64,000 nt of DNA from an uncultured Nitrospiraceae bacterium. GTDB taxonomy: Bacteria > Nitrospirota > Thermodesulfovibrionia > Thermodesulfovibrionales > Dissulfurispiraceae. Within the stretch, counting starts at the first letter, position 1. Every line of letters begins with the position of its first letter. Location: positions 256,001 through 320,000 of the forward strand of contig CAVSHF010000003.1 of the NCBI GenBank assembly GCA_963727805.1, written 5' to 3'. The notes under the pieces were generated by a model that saw nothing but the letters and a program-made list of their open reading frames with translations, had not been told where the DNA came from and ran no database searches. The translations under genes were made by a program, and so were the position numbers. Shown piece after piece: positions 27,879-38,533 of the stretch.

Positions 27879-28400
27879 ATGAATTTATTTAAGAAGTCAA
27901 AAATGCATGATGAACGTGGATTTGCCTTTATTGCCGCATTACTTGCCATGCTGATTATGGTTTCTCTCGGTGTATTAATATTCACGCTGACCACCAGAGA
28001 CGTGAGAGTCACCGTCAAACTTATGGGGGAGAAAAAAGCCTTCTCGGGAGCTGAGCATGGCATTCATTGGTTGATGCAGCAATACGTTCCTGGCATAGTT
28101 TTAGGAAATCCCGCTAATGCGTGCCCTGGGAATGGCGGTTTTTTCCAAGTCTCTTCTGGCGTCGGTGTCGGCGATCCTTCTACGTGTTTTAGTTTTGTAC
28201 AGCCCATTCAGCCCACATCTGGAGGAAGTTCAATGATTCCTCTTGCAGGGTATTCCAATACCGGGGTAGCTACTTTTGGGTTAACGCCTGCTGATTCAGG
28301 AGTTACAGGATTCAATACTGCATATATGAGTCAGATTAGTATAGATGTGGGATTAGGTTATGGACCTGTTGGTGGTGCTGAAGGTCCGACGTATCAATAA
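27879..28400 (+). CDS. PilX-like minor pilin
   Basis: G/FAFIAALL lacking E5; AFSGAEHGI. Confidence 0.8.
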   Translation: MNLFKKSKMHDERGFAFIAALLAMLIMVSLGVLIFTLTTRDVRVTVKLMGEKKAFSGAEHGIHWLMQQYVPGIVLGNPANACPGNGGFFQVSSGVGVGDPSTCFSFVQPIQPTSGGSSMIPLAGYSNTGVATFGLTPADSGVTGFNTAYMSQISIDVGLGYGPVGGAEGPTYQ

Positions 28401-28423
28401 TCGTCGAAAATTGGAGAGATGAT

Positions 28424-28759
28424 ATGTTGAAAATAAAAATTATAGCGATAATTACAGTTTTTTCCTGCAGTATTCTTTATTGCCCGGTTGTATCCACTGC
28501 CATTATGAAGACGGGAGGAGGGGGGGCTAACAGCGATCGTGGGGAGGGCGCCCCTTCTTCAAATTCAAATGGGATGACTAGGGTCACTTCATTTGTAAAA
28601 ACGATAGACAGTAACACTATCGTTCTTGAGGATAACAGGAGCTTTAGTCTTTCCGGAGTCCAGGTCATCAACAAGAAAGCGGCCAACAAGACTTCGGGGA
28701 AAACAGTAGTCGAGATGCTGTTTATCAATAATGCCTTGAAACAAGTTGTCATTCATTAA
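28424..28759 (+). CDS. Small exported hypothetical protein
   Basis: Signal peptide-like N-terminus; GGAG RBS; inside pilus operon. Confidence 0.65.
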   Translation: MLKIKIIAIITVFSCSILYCPVVSTAIMKTGGGGANSDRGEGAPSSNSNGMTRVTSFVKTIDSNTIVLEDNRSFSLSGVQVINKKAANKTSGKTVVEMLFINNALKQVVIH

Positions 28760-28774
28760 TACAAGGGGGATCAA

Positions 28775-31700
28775 ATGAAAATAAAATGGTTCGTAATTTC
28801 TATCGCGGCGATCTCTCTCTTTTTGTCAGCTTCGGTTAATGCCGATGAATCTGATATATTCATGTCGCAGATACAACCTAACGTTTTATTCATACTCGAT
28901 AACTCCAATAGTATGGATGAGGACTTTTACGGAAATGCACTTGGTTCGTACGCAACTGGCAGCAAGTCAGTCGAAGCCAGAAGGTCACTTATCAATATTG
29001 TCAACGCTTATGTAAATAACATGAGACTGGGACTGATGGCCTATCAGCTGCCGTCAGCTTCCAAAATGTACATTCATAATTCAGGATATTTTATATCGTA
29101 TGATCCCAGATCATACTGTCCAAAACCTCCGTCCGACTGCACCAACTATTGCATAACTGGGAATATCGCAAGTAAAAATGCTTGTCAAACATCATGTCAG
29201 GCGCAAAATTCATTGTTTGATGCAACATACGGATTTAATGGAACTGATGGAGATGAAATCATTCAATTGCCTATCGGCAACGCGCTCAGGACCGCCTATT
29301 GTCCGCTGGTATATCCCAAAACGGTTAGTTTACCAAACCCGTCTGATATGACCCACAATATTTATTACGCTCAAGCCCTGCCGTTTTATGATTCGGGGAA
29401 TGACGGAATCGCATTTCTGTATTCACCGGGGTACAATGCGCTGACGCAGTCAAACGGGGCAGGTCAAGGTCCGTATAATGTGTACGATATTTGGATAAAT
29501 AAAACCGGGACCTCTGATGGATCCGATACGTTAGCTAATGGATATTTGAACTATTGGTTTGCTACGGGGCTGGTACCAACCGATTCTGATGTGGCGATAG
29601 GGTATTATAATTTCGGTCGAAGACTGTTCTGGGCTTATGTGGGGCCGACATGGTTTGCAAACAGCTCTCCGGGCGGGGGATACCTTCACGTGGCCGGTAA
29701 TACCAATAATCAGTCCACTAATACTCAATTGAATGCCCTGCTTGCAAAGCTCGCGATGCACGAAAACGATCAGGCAGGTTATATGAGTTGCTCCAATACG
29801 GGCAATCCCAATAGTTGTCCGTATATCGTAAACGCGGGTCTGACGCCAACTGCCGGCACTTTGCAGTCAGCAATAAATGACTTTCAAGGGGTGAGCGGGT
29901 ACACTAGTCCGATAACTGACCACTGCCAACAGAATTTCGTCGTTTACGCAACCGATGGCTTGCCCAGTAACGATGAAAGCGGCAACTCCGGCAGTGCCAG
30001 TTCGCTCATGCCCGCTGTGTTATCCAAAATAACGGCTCTGAGGTCCGTCTCTAAAAGCATAAGCGGCACATCATATAATTTTGACATTAATACCTATGTC
30101 TTGGGCATGGGGCTGACAGACTCGGATAAAGTCCTGTTGGATCAAATGGCAGTAGCAGGGGGGGCTGACGTCGGTGGGCATGCTTATTATGCGGACAATT
30201 CCGACCAGCTTACCACGAATCTCAATAATGTGCTAGCTAATATCATAGAGAGGGCATTTTCGTTCACTACAACTTCTGTGGCGTCTTCTCGTTTTGCGGA
30301 TGAGAATTATCTCTATGAGGCATCGTTCGAACCTGTCAATTTCAATTCTTTCTGGAAGGGTCATCTGCAAAAATACCAAATTAATACTGACGGCTCAATT
30401 GGATCTATGGTATGGGATGCGGGCAGCGTCCTGCAATCTCAATTGGCATCATCTCGAAACATTCTGACGTATGAGTCAGGCACTATTCAGGCATTTAACA
30501 CAGGCAATATCACGCGAACGGATTTGGGTGTGTCAACTGATGCCCAAAGAGATGCAATTGTCGGTTATGTCCGTGGCGACCCAACGTATAATCCCGACAA
30601 CTGGAAATTGGGTGATATATTTCATTCGAATATAATCTCGGTAGGCACTCCGTCGAGTTATTGGAATGACACCCGAGATCACAATGTTTCGAGCGGCATG
30701 AACGCCTTTACACAGTTCAGAGCGAACAATCAAAGAACCACTGCAAATGGAAAGAGAATTGTGTTGGCAGGTGCTAACGACGGACAGTTCCATTCCTTCC
30801 GTGCATCTGATGGTGTGGAAATGTGGAGTTTTATCCCGCCTAATTTCTTGCCAAAATTGTCATATCTGGCACATTCAAGCAATCCCACGACGCTTACTCA
30901 TCAGTATTTTGCCGACGGACCGGTAGTTGTTTCTGATGCATGGTTTGGAAGCGGAGATGGTACTTCTAAAAATGTGAGCGATTGGCAAACGCTTGCTGTC
31001 TTCTCAGTGGGAAGGAACGATGCTATATATGACGACACAGTAGCATCTAATTCAACGAAATATTGGAGTTCCTCTCCAACTTGCGATGCAGGCTTAAGCG
31101 ATACTTATAATTCAACTACTGCCCCATATTATTGCGGTTATTACGCCTTTAACTTCACGAATACGCTCAGCCCGGTTTCAAAGTGGCGACTCAATACGAT
31201 CAATCCGAACGGTGCGGCTCTTGCCCCCTATTTAGGGGAACCATGGGGCAAGATGGCGATTGGAAAGGTAATTATTTCAGGTAATGAAAAATGGGTTGGC
31301 TTCATCGGTGGTGGTTACAATTATTGCCCTGGTAGCACGGCCTGCACCGACAATCGAGGCAAAGGCTTTTACGTTGTCGATCTTAGTAACGGATCTATTC
31401 TGTGGAGTTATACGGGAACGACATATAGCATTGCTGCCTCGCCGGCAACTGTCGATTACGATAACGATGGGTTCATAGATACAGTTTATGTCGGAGACAT
31501 GGGTGGTAACATATGGAGATTCAACTTCTGCACTAGTGCTCAGGCATCAGGGGTGGGAGGGTGCGATACGTCTGGCTGGAGCGGCGGCAAACTATACGCC
31601 GCGCCAAACGGAGAGGCCCCGATCTATACGTCCGTCACGGGTGCGAAAGATTCTAATGGCACCCAATGGATATATTGGGGAACGGGAGATAAGGTGAATC

Positions 31701-32215
31701 CCAAGTCAAGCAGTGGAGGACGGTTGTACGGCGTTATGGACACCGATCGGTCATCGACTTATCATATTGGTGACTTGAAAGATATTACTTCTACGACATT
31801 TGTCAGTGGAAGCGACAATCAAAAGGGTTGGTATATCAATCTTTCGGGTACTGGGGAAAAATCACTCGCTGATCCTGTCATCTTCGCTCAAGTCCTATAT
31901 TTCTCCACCTATACACCATATCTTGGAACAGATCAATGTATGGCGGCCGGAACAGGGACATTGTACGCAATCAATTACTTATCCGGAGGTGCAGTGATTG
32001 GGACTGGCAGACAGATTGACACAGGCGTAGGCCTGGCGACATCACCTCTTATTTCTACGAAACCTGGAGGCGCTGGTGTGGATTTATATATAACATTCAG
32101 TGGCGGAGGTGCTTCCGGGGCTTCAACGGATGAACAGATAAAGCATAGAAATGATATACCTACCGATCCAGTTACCAATAGACTATTATATTGGAAAGAC
32201 AAAAGAGTGCAGTAA
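28775..32215 (+). CDS. pilY1: PilY1/PilC-type pilus tip adhesin
   Basis: Signal peptide; vWA-like LDNSNSM and TDG; LGDIFHS, GANDGQFH, DYDNDGFID Ca-loop, YVGDMGGNIWRF, GWYINL. Confidence 0.92.
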   Translation: MKIKWFVISIAAISLFLSASVNADESDIFMSQIQPNVLFILDNSNSMDEDFYGNALGSYATGSKSVEARRSLINIVNAYVNNMRLGLMAYQLPSASKMYIHNSGYFISYDPRSYCPKPPSDCTNYCITGNIASKNACQTSCQAQNSLFDATYGFNGTDGDEIIQLPIGNALRTAYCPLVYPKTVSLPNPSDMTHNIYYAQALPFYDSGNDGIAFLYSPGYNALTQSNGAGQGPYNVYDIWINKTGTSDGSDTLANGYLNYWFATGLVPTDSDVAIGYYNFGRRLFWAYVGPTWFANSSPGGGYLHVAGNTNNQSTNTQLNALLAKLAMHENDQAGYMSCSNTGNPNSCPYIVNAGLTPTAGTLQSAINDFQGVSGYTSPITDHCQQNFVVYATDGLPSNDESGNSGSASSLMPAVLSKITALRSVSKSISGTSYNFDINTYVLGMGLTDSDKVLLDQMAVAGGADVGGHAYYADNSDQLTTNLNNVLANIIERAFSFTTTSVASSRFADENYLYEASFEPVNFNSFWKGHLQKYQINTDGSIGSMVWDAGSVLQSQLASSRNILTYESGTIQAFNTGNITRTDLGVSTDAQRDAIVGYVRGDPTYNPDNWKLGDIFHSNIISVGTPSSYWNDTRDHNVSSGMNAFTQFRANNQRTTANGKRIVLAGANDGQFHSFRASDGVEMWSFIPPNFLPKLSYLAHSSNPTTLTHQYFADGPVVVSDAWFGSGDGTSKNVSDWQTLAVFSVGRNDAIYDDTVASNSTKYWSSSPTCDAGLSDTYNSTTAPYYCGYYAFNFTNTLSPVSKWRLNTINPNGAALAPYLGEPWGKMAIGKVIISGNEKWVGFIGGGYNYCPGSTACTDNRGKGFYVVDLSNGSILWSYTGTTYSIAASPATVDYDNDGFIDTVYVGDMGGNIWRFNFCTSAQASGVGGCDTSGWSGGKLYAAPNGEAPIYTSVTGAKDSNGTQWIYWGTGDKVNPKSSSGGRLYGVMDTDRSSTYHIGDLKDITSTTFVSGSDNQKGWYINLSGTGEKSLADPVIFAQVLYFSTYTPYLGTDQCMAAGTGTLYAINYLSGGAVIGTGRQIDTGVGLATSPLISTKPGGAGVDLYITFSGGGASGASTDEQIKHRNDIPTDPVTNRLLYWKDKRVQ

Positions 32216-32985
32216 TGCCATTGAGTAAGGACGGACAAAAGAGAAAGTTTGTCGTTTATGTGAGCGCAATAGCAATCATAGGTGGTTTGTTATTCGCCGC
32301 ATATTGGGCAGTGAAAAATACTGGACTGTCATCTGACAATCGCCCGGAAGCAGGTAACAAGGGATTCTTTAAAGAAATTCCAGAGCAGCAATCAAGAAAC
32401 GGTGCTGCTGCTATTCAGCAGCAGCAAACCGGGATACACTCTCTAATTGAAGGGCTGATTTTTAATCCTGTGCGGCCCACTGTTCTGGATGCTTTGAAGG
32501 TGGAAGTACAGGTCCGTGTTCCTAAAGAGGGAAAGCTGTCATATGAGTATCAGTGGCAATTAAATGGCAAGCCGGTTGGGGGAGTCAGCGGTGCTACCTT
32601 TCCGGCCGGTCTTGCCAAGAAAAATGATAGAGTTACCATAACGGTTGTCCCTTCAGTCGATGGCGTCGCATACAAAGAGTTCAGTTACAGTATTACTAAG
32701 AATATCTATAATGCCGCGCCATCTTTACTATTAAACACAGAAACAAGAAAGACCGGTGATATCATAGAGCTTCAGCTTATAGGCAGCGACCCTGATGGGG
32801 ATAAAATCACCTATGCTCTGGAGGAACCATTTCTTGAAGGGATGTCTATTGATAAGGTGACCGGGAAAATTATTTGGAAGCCAACGAAAATAGGAGTCGG
32901 AACATACCGTTTCGGTGCATCGGCGACCGACTCTGATGGATCAAAGACAACTAAAACCCTTGAGTTTAGTCTGGACGTAAAATAG
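32215..32985 (+). CDS. Membrane-anchored Ig/cadherin-like domain protein
   Basis: TM helix; SDPDGDKITY...GMSIDKVTGKIIWKP...ATDSDG; ATG overlaps pilY1 stop (TAATG). Confidence 0.8.
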   Translation: MPLSKDGQKRKFVVYVSAIAIIGGLLFAAYWAVKNTGLSSDNRPEAGNKGFFKEIPEQQSRNGAAAIQQQQTGIHSLIEGLIFNPVRPTVLDALKVEVQVRVPKEGKLSYEYQWQLNGKPVGGVSGATFPAGLAKKNDRVTITVVPSVDGVAYKEFSYSITKNIYNAAPSLLLNTETRKTGDIIELQLIGSDPDGDKITYALEEPFLEGMSIDKVTGKIIWKPTKIGVGTYRFGASATDSDGSKTTKTLEFSLDVK

Positions 32986-33166
32986 ATCAGTATTCCTCGT
33001 ACATATTCATTTTCCCCGTGCCCTATCGAATTAAATTCTGCATCCTCCCCGTATTATTTTGCAACTTAAATTAAAGAACGTGTTGTCAGTAATCAAATAA
33101 GAAGGACGTCTATATAGCATAAAAGTATATAGGATTCCTTCAGGTTACGTGAAACAATTTTTTATG

Positions 33167-33182
33167 TGTGATTAGCATCACC
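33167..33182 (+). promoter_or_regulatory. CRP/FNR-family-like site
   Basis: TGTGA-ttagca-TCACC; TACAAT -10 at 33243-33248. Confidence 0.6.
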
Positions 33183-33376
33183 TAGCAAGCAAATTGTATC
33201 CTTTTTGTGCGTTATTGCACAGTTTTAATTGTTTATTTGAAGTACAATTGAAAAAGATATCAGTTAGAAATATTTTGTAATTTTAGAGAGCGCGTCAAAG
33301 AAAAGATGTCAAATCAAAGATATTGCAAAGCATATTGGATACGAAAAAATCGAGAGCTTTTATGGAGGAGACGATT

Positions 33377-34294
33377 ATGTCTATTATAAAGGTCTTGATT
33401 GTCTGGTGTATGCTAAGCTGTCTTTTATTGATCGCACTTCCGGCTCTGGCAGGAGAGGAGGTCGTGTCCACAATAGTTCAGGTGAACGACTATTCAAGGG
33501 CCGTATACGAGGCTATAAAAAAATACGGATTTGAATTGAAGGAACCCGTGCCTGTGAGGCTGGTGGATGAAAAAACACTTTTGGAAGCGTCAAAGACATC
33601 CGGATCTGCTGGACTTACGCGACTTGAGTATCAGCTCGTGCCCGGAGGCAAGAACTTGGTATCCAGCGAAATACTTATCCTGAGCGGTTTTTCAGTCCCG
33701 ATATTCCAGAGGCATTTGGCTAAGGAATTGTGCCATGTCTGGATCCATCAGCAGGGCAATCATGAGCTGCATAGGATATTCGAAGAGGGCAGCTGCGAAG
33801 CGATTTCCTTTATCGCGGTCTATGAAATTGGATCACCAGAAGCTGCCATGATAATGCGGTCGATAGAACATAATCCTGATGCAATCTATGGAGTTGGATT
33901 TAGGTCAGTCAGAGACTATATAAGACAGCATGGGATGGCAGATTGGCGTGACATGATAGCTGGACATAATATATATGTTTGGGCTGAAAATGCTTTCCCT
34001 GAGACACCTGCTGAGACTCCGCGCATCGATCCCGTGAGCATCGTATCCGTCGAAGGCGATTCAACGATCAGCAATGCGCACAACATTTTGTTGCCCCAGT
34101 CCAATAATAGAGCTTCTGTGGATATAGTTCCCGATTCGACAATCAAGAGATATACTACGATTGTTTTTACTCTTATTGAAGAACCCAGCTCACGGTTTAA
34201 TATAAAGATGAGTATCATACTTACATCGTTTCTAATCTTAACGATCGCGTTTCTTGTTATAATATTTGCGCGTTATTTAGCATGTCGTACCTGA
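33377..34294 (+). CDS. DA1-like zincin-domain protein, exported, C-terminal TM
   Basis: AGLT...ILILSG...LAKELCHVWI...FEEGSCE...DAIYGVGFR; GGAGGA RBS before ATG 33377. Confidence 0.7.
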   Translation: MSIIKVLIVWCMLSCLLLIALPALAGEEVVSTIVQVNDYSRAVYEAIKKYGFELKEPVPVRLVDEKTLLEASKTSGSAGLTRLEYQLVPGGKNLVSSEILILSGFSVPIFQRHLAKELCHVWIHQQGNHELHRIFEEGSCEAISFIAVYEIGSPEAAMIMRSIEHNPDAIYGVGFRSVRDYIRQHGMADWRDMIAGHNIYVWAENAFPETPAETPRIDPVSIVSVEGDSTISNAHNILLPQSNNRASVDIVPDSTIKRYTTIVFTLIEEPSSRFNIKMSIILTSFLILTIAFLVIIFARYLACRT

Positions 34295-34767
34295 ATATGT
34301 TTTTTTGTAGCATATGAGCCTAAGAGATAAGTAGGTAACCAATTAATTTGGCCGACGCTTTTAATGACAATTGGATCCAAATGCAAACCTTAACTTCCAG
34401 ATAAGAAGTCCTCTTCGACGAGATGGGGATGAATTGCCAGTGTTTGTGTGGGCTGACAATCTTATTGTCGGTCGCCAAGGGAAGACAATACAGCGAGAGA
34501 GTTTCTCGGACGAATCTCTCTCACAGGATTCCTAAGATCGCTATTCATGAGATACCTCGGGTACCCACGGTAGCTGCTATCGGCAATAGTTACCCTTTAG
34601 AAGGCCGACCTCTACCCCGGTCTGCTTGCGTTATTTTCGAGAAAAGGAACCAAGGGTTTATCGGTAGATGAAAAGAAGCCAGTCGGGGGATCTTCTGGGA
34701 GAAGCGATAGACTTACTGAAGGAATATGGGAAGAATTAGGTGAGACCGTGGTTACACCCCAGCGAAA

Positions 34768-34950
34768 CTAATGCGCTGCTTCCCTGTATTTATCGGCTAA
34801 ATGCTTGATACGTTCCAAGTGTATCGAGAGCCCGGTCGAACCCTGAAGCTTTCTATCCATTTCTACTGCTGAATCAATTGCCTCACAAAGCGTGTCAAAG
34901 ATACTTTCTCGATCGAGGTATAAATGTGAAGTCGTTGTATGGTCGATCAT
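34768..34950 (-). CDS. Small helical hypothetical protein (module copy 1)
   Basis: Paralogous to 58306-58518 (EAIDSA..D.KLQGST.LS.HLE.IKHLAD.YRE). Confidence 0.75.
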   Translation of the reverse strand: MIDHTTTSHLYLDRESIFDTLCEAIDSAVEMDRKLQGSTGLSIHLERIKHLADKYREAAH

Positions 34951-34962
34951 GATCCCTCGCTG

Positions 34963-35178
34963 CTAAAGCACGACTTCGAAGATCTGAGTCGCGCGCCTTT
35001 CATATCCAGCGCAAGGTTTTTGATTTTGTTTTCTTGTGGGATCTGCAGCCACAGTAATCCATCTTTCTTCGGAACTGCGGTAAAACATTTTGATCTTTTT
35101 GCAATCGATGCCGAGTTGGAGGATAAAAACAGGAATCGTATCGCATGTATTATCGTGGTATACAACTCTTATGATCAT
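34963..35178 (-). CDS. GSU3473-like small protein (module copy 1)
   Basis: MIIRV.Y...D...L...I....IK.FYR.SE.RWI.V.ADP.R...ERR; paralogous to 58548-58778. Confidence 0.78.
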   Translation of the reverse strand: MIIRVVYHDNTCDTIPVFILQLGIDCKKIKMFYRSSEERWITVAADPTRKQNQKPCAGYERRATQIFEVVL

Positions 35179-35271
35179 ATTGTCTCGCTCCCCATGTTAA
35201 TCTCTTCTTATTATCATCATAACTCTCTTGGTATCACAAGGGAATACCTAAAAAAAGGATATTGCCTCTTT

Positions 35272-35287
35272 GGTGATGGACATCACA
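35272..35287 (-). promoter_or_regulatory. CRP/FNR-family-like site
   Basis: Minus strand TGTGA-tgtcca-TCACC; TATGAT -10 at 35216-35221. Confidence 0.7.
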
Positions 35288-35359
35288 AAAGATGTTATTA
35301 ATTCCACCAGGGATATAACTGGAGCATATCGCCGTTGATAATAAAAAAACTGCAAGCCA

Positions 35360-35990
35360 AGTGATCGCACTCTTACTGAAGAAATACGGGGAGTGGAGAT
35401 TAGAAAGGGAGACAGCTTCATTGAATCAGATGAGAGTCTATTAAATAAAATATGGCACTCCTTGTGGAGTGGAATCCCATCTCAACTCGGCCCCCGGAAA
35501 CAATGGTAGAAGTAATCAGACCATTTGCTCCGAGTACGGCGCTTTTGAGCTTGCAACTCCATGAAATAGAAATGTTACAATCGAATCCGAACTTTTAAAG
35601 AAGCGACAGGCACGCTGGGAAAATCACTTGATGACAAAATCATAGCGTCTATGTCTGGAATGAGGTACACAGAAATACCTCTTCACATGAGGATATATAC
35701 AGGACAGGCTAGAGCTTTGTCCTGCGACGCTCAGTACTATTTCCGATAACATCGTTACCCGTGATAAGGGAATGCCAGGGGCGGCCTCTTGAGAAAATCA
35801 TTGCCTTCGTATGGATGGAATGCATTCATGACAAAGCGCGCGAGGAGGGTGAGATCGTAGTCAAAGCTGTCTACATGATTTTGGGCTTGAATCTTAAGGG
35901 GATCAGGGACGACATAGGAATTTACATCTCCAACAGCCGATGAGCTAGCTTGTTGCTGCAGGTTTGGACTGACCTGTCAAACCGTAGACA
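35360..35990 (+). pseudogene. IS256-family transposase relic
   Basis: Broken frames: TLSTISD..., RPLEKIIAFVWMECIHDKAREEGEIVVKAVYMILGLNLKG; stops and frameshifts; ends approximate. Confidence 0.8.
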
Positions 35991-36100
35991 GTCTTAAAGG
36001 GTTCGACTTAGCGATAAAGACCATATTTCCCGTCGGAATCGTTGCGGTGTATTAATTTGACTCAGATTAAACGAGGATCCTTCGGTGCTAGTGGCATCGA

Positions 36101-36349
36101 TTAGGGACAAACTCGGAGACCAGCCCTGCCATTTGCGACCCAGACGACTACGGCCTTTGTCTTGGGGTCGGCAATGCTCACCCTTTCTCCTTTGCGTAGT
36201 ACTGCAGTCGAGACAATACCCAACCCGCGGCCACTGATATCGATTATTTTGCATGTACATCGATTCCCGAGTGAATCATGGCATTCAGTAATATAATTGC
36301 ATTTAAGCCTAGACCAGGACCGTTCTTCTTTTATCTGAAATTCCTGCAT
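36101..36349 (-). CDS. Stand-alone PilZ-like protein
   Basis: RSWSR (RxxxR) and DISGRG (DxSxxG). Confidence 0.75.
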   Translation of the reverse strand: MQEFQIKEERSWSRLKCNYITECHDSLGNRCTCKIIDISGRGLGIVSTAVLRKGERVSIADPKTKAVVVWVANGRAGLRVCP

Positions 36350-36483
36350 TAGTTCTCTTCTTTATCTCTGCTGTTTTGTCTTAAAAATCTTCAGCGCAAT
36401 TTTATTTGACTACCGGTCATGATTGTCGCAGTCTTCCACCCTTCTTAATTCATGGGGAGTAGGGTAGCTTATACCAAAAAGAT

Positions 36484-36852
36484 CTATGACAAGCCTCCCT
36501 GTTGGAATTGTAGGAGTTCGCAAATCTTCCCATTCAGATCGATGATCTCTTGCTTTATTTTACGTATCTGAGCCTTTGTGATATATCCCATCTGTTCGGT
36601 TAAGACGAGAGTCTTTAGAACCTCTTCGAGGCAATTGAGTGCCCTATAAAAATGGTCCTTCCCATCCTTTATATTTTTCATCATAAACCCCTCGGCGAGG
36701 TAGGATGGAATGGAAAAGGTCATCTTTCTTAAGCTACTCCCAATATCGCAGGAACCTAATGAAGAGACACGATCAGTAATCTTTTGTATTGCATCGGCAA
36801 GTTCTGATCCTTTCTGCCATATCTTAAAATTATCAAGACGATTCTTGGGCAT
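36484..36852 (-). CDS. Four-helix-bundle protein (23S rRNA IVP/Avd-like), divergent
   Basis: FKIWQKG.EL...SIPSYLAEGF...GYI. Confidence 0.75.
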   Translation of the reverse strand: MPKNRLDNFKIWQKGSELADAIQKITDRVSSLGSCDIGSSLRKMTFSIPSYLAEGFMMKNIKDGKDHFYRALNCLEEVLKTLVLTEQMGYITKAQIRKIKQEIIDLNGKICELLQFQQGGLS

Positions 36853-37226
36853 GTTCCAAATCTCTCCTATATACAGATTTGACTCCCAAAGAAACCAACG
36901 TGAATTCGATTCTCAATCCAATCCACTTTCAGCCTTTCATAAAATCATAGAGTCAGTTCATTAAGATTCAATGAAAATTAGATTAAGTTTTCTTCATTTC
37001 CGGTTCATGCATTGCTGTCTTGTTCGAGTATACTGCGCAGATAGAGGAACCCGACGAACTCTGGCGGATCTTTGATGAACCTTTTTAAGATGTCTTGCAA
37101 CCCCGTACGATACCGCAGGATATCATTGAAAAACAAAATAAAAACGGAAGCATTTTGACCGCTCGGGCATTTTTATGGTAGATAAGAGACTAATATCTTC
37201 GAGGTCAAGAACATACCGGAGAGCAA

Positions 37227-37967
37227 ATGAGTATAGTACGGTCATTTGCAGCAAGTGATAAAGGGTTGGTCCGCAGCGAGAATGAGGACTCATATGTGCT
37301 CCATATCCCCGATGACGCGCGCATACTCCAACGCAAAGGAATCCTAGCTGTTGTCGCTGACGGTGTCGGTGGAGGACCTGCCGGCAAGTTGGCAAGCTCA
37401 ATGGCGGTGGAAATCGTGAAGGACCTGTATTATCGTCTCACCGGTGAGGATAATTCAGCGTCCCTCCGGGATTCCCTGCAGTTTGCAAACACAGAAATAT
37501 ATAAAGCCGGCCAGCAGAACCCTGGACTGCGGGAGATGGCGACAACCTGTACAGCCTTTGTATTACGGAACCATGAAGGATTCATGAGTCATGCTGGCGA
37601 CAGCAGAGCTTATCTTCTTCGTAAAAAGGAATTAATCCAGATTTCAGAAGACCATACTCTCGTGAACGAGCTTGTAAAAGAAGGCATTATCTCGCCGGAG
37701 GAAGGAAGAAAACATCCACAGAGAAACATTATTCTGAGGGCGCTCGGGACTGTACGCCATATTGAGCCAGATTTGCGGCGGGTTGACCTGGAGGAGAACG
37801 ATGCCCTGCTGCTGTGCAGCGACGGTCTTCACGGCTATGTATCCGACGAAGAAATATCTTCGCTTTTGTTAACTAACCCTATCGAAGAGGCGGGACGCAA
37901 GCTTATCGGTCTAGCCCTTGCAAAGGGAGGCCCCGATAATATAACGGTTTTGCTGTTGAATGTGTGA
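37227..37967 (+). CDS. PP2C-type Ser/Thr phosphatase (Stp1 family)
   Basis: GLVRSENED, VADGVGG, HAGDSRAY, DHT, LCSDGL, GGPDNIT. Confidence 0.95.
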   Translation: MSIVRSFAASDKGLVRSENEDSYVLHIPDDARILQRKGILAVVADGVGGGPAGKLASSMAVEIVKDLYYRLTGEDNSASLRDSLQFANTEIYKAGQQNPGLREMATTCTAFVLRNHEGFMSHAGDSRAYLLRKKELIQISEDHTLVNELVKEGIISPEEGRKHPQRNIILRALGTVRHIEPDLRRVDLEENDALLLCSDGLHGYVSDEEISSLLLTNPIEEAGRKLIGLALAKGGPDNITVLLLNV

Positions 37968-38533
37968 GCGTGGCTGTTATGTCCTTCCACGACCCATTAC
38001 CGAGTCAGTGGGAAGAATGTAGTCGTGATGCTTATTTTCAGAAATACACATTTCTGCATTTATCGCCGGACGAATGACTCGGAAATGAAATCCGCGGCCG
38101 GAGAGAGTCATTCTCCGCGGATATTCCTTGGTGGATGTTTCAATAGCAAAGTGCTACTTACTATCCGCATTTAAGCAGTATAGACATCATTGTAACATTT
38201 CCTTCTCCTACAAAGGCTTTATGAAGGTGCTATAATTGTGCGTGTTTCAAATGGATGCAGACTGACTCTGGGGTCATCCGTACTGAGTCTGTCAACGGCC
38301 AACACCCAGATTTGTGAAGAGAATAATATTGGAGATTATTTGGGAAACCTCTCGGCAGGAAGCTCAGCGCACAGCGTGCTTCTTCGTCTTGGTCCACTTG
38401 AGAGTACAATTACTGTTTCTTCTCTGAAGTGGACGGTGTCAATAAATGCCTTTACCGCCATATCATTTTTTATCTGTTCACTATTCTTATAAGATATCCC
38501 ACCTCGCTATGAATCAATAAAAGACAATTTATT

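Noticed and set aside
36484..36852. Diversity-generating retroelement (Avd-like gene)
   Set aside because: No reverse transcriptase or TR/VR pair seen
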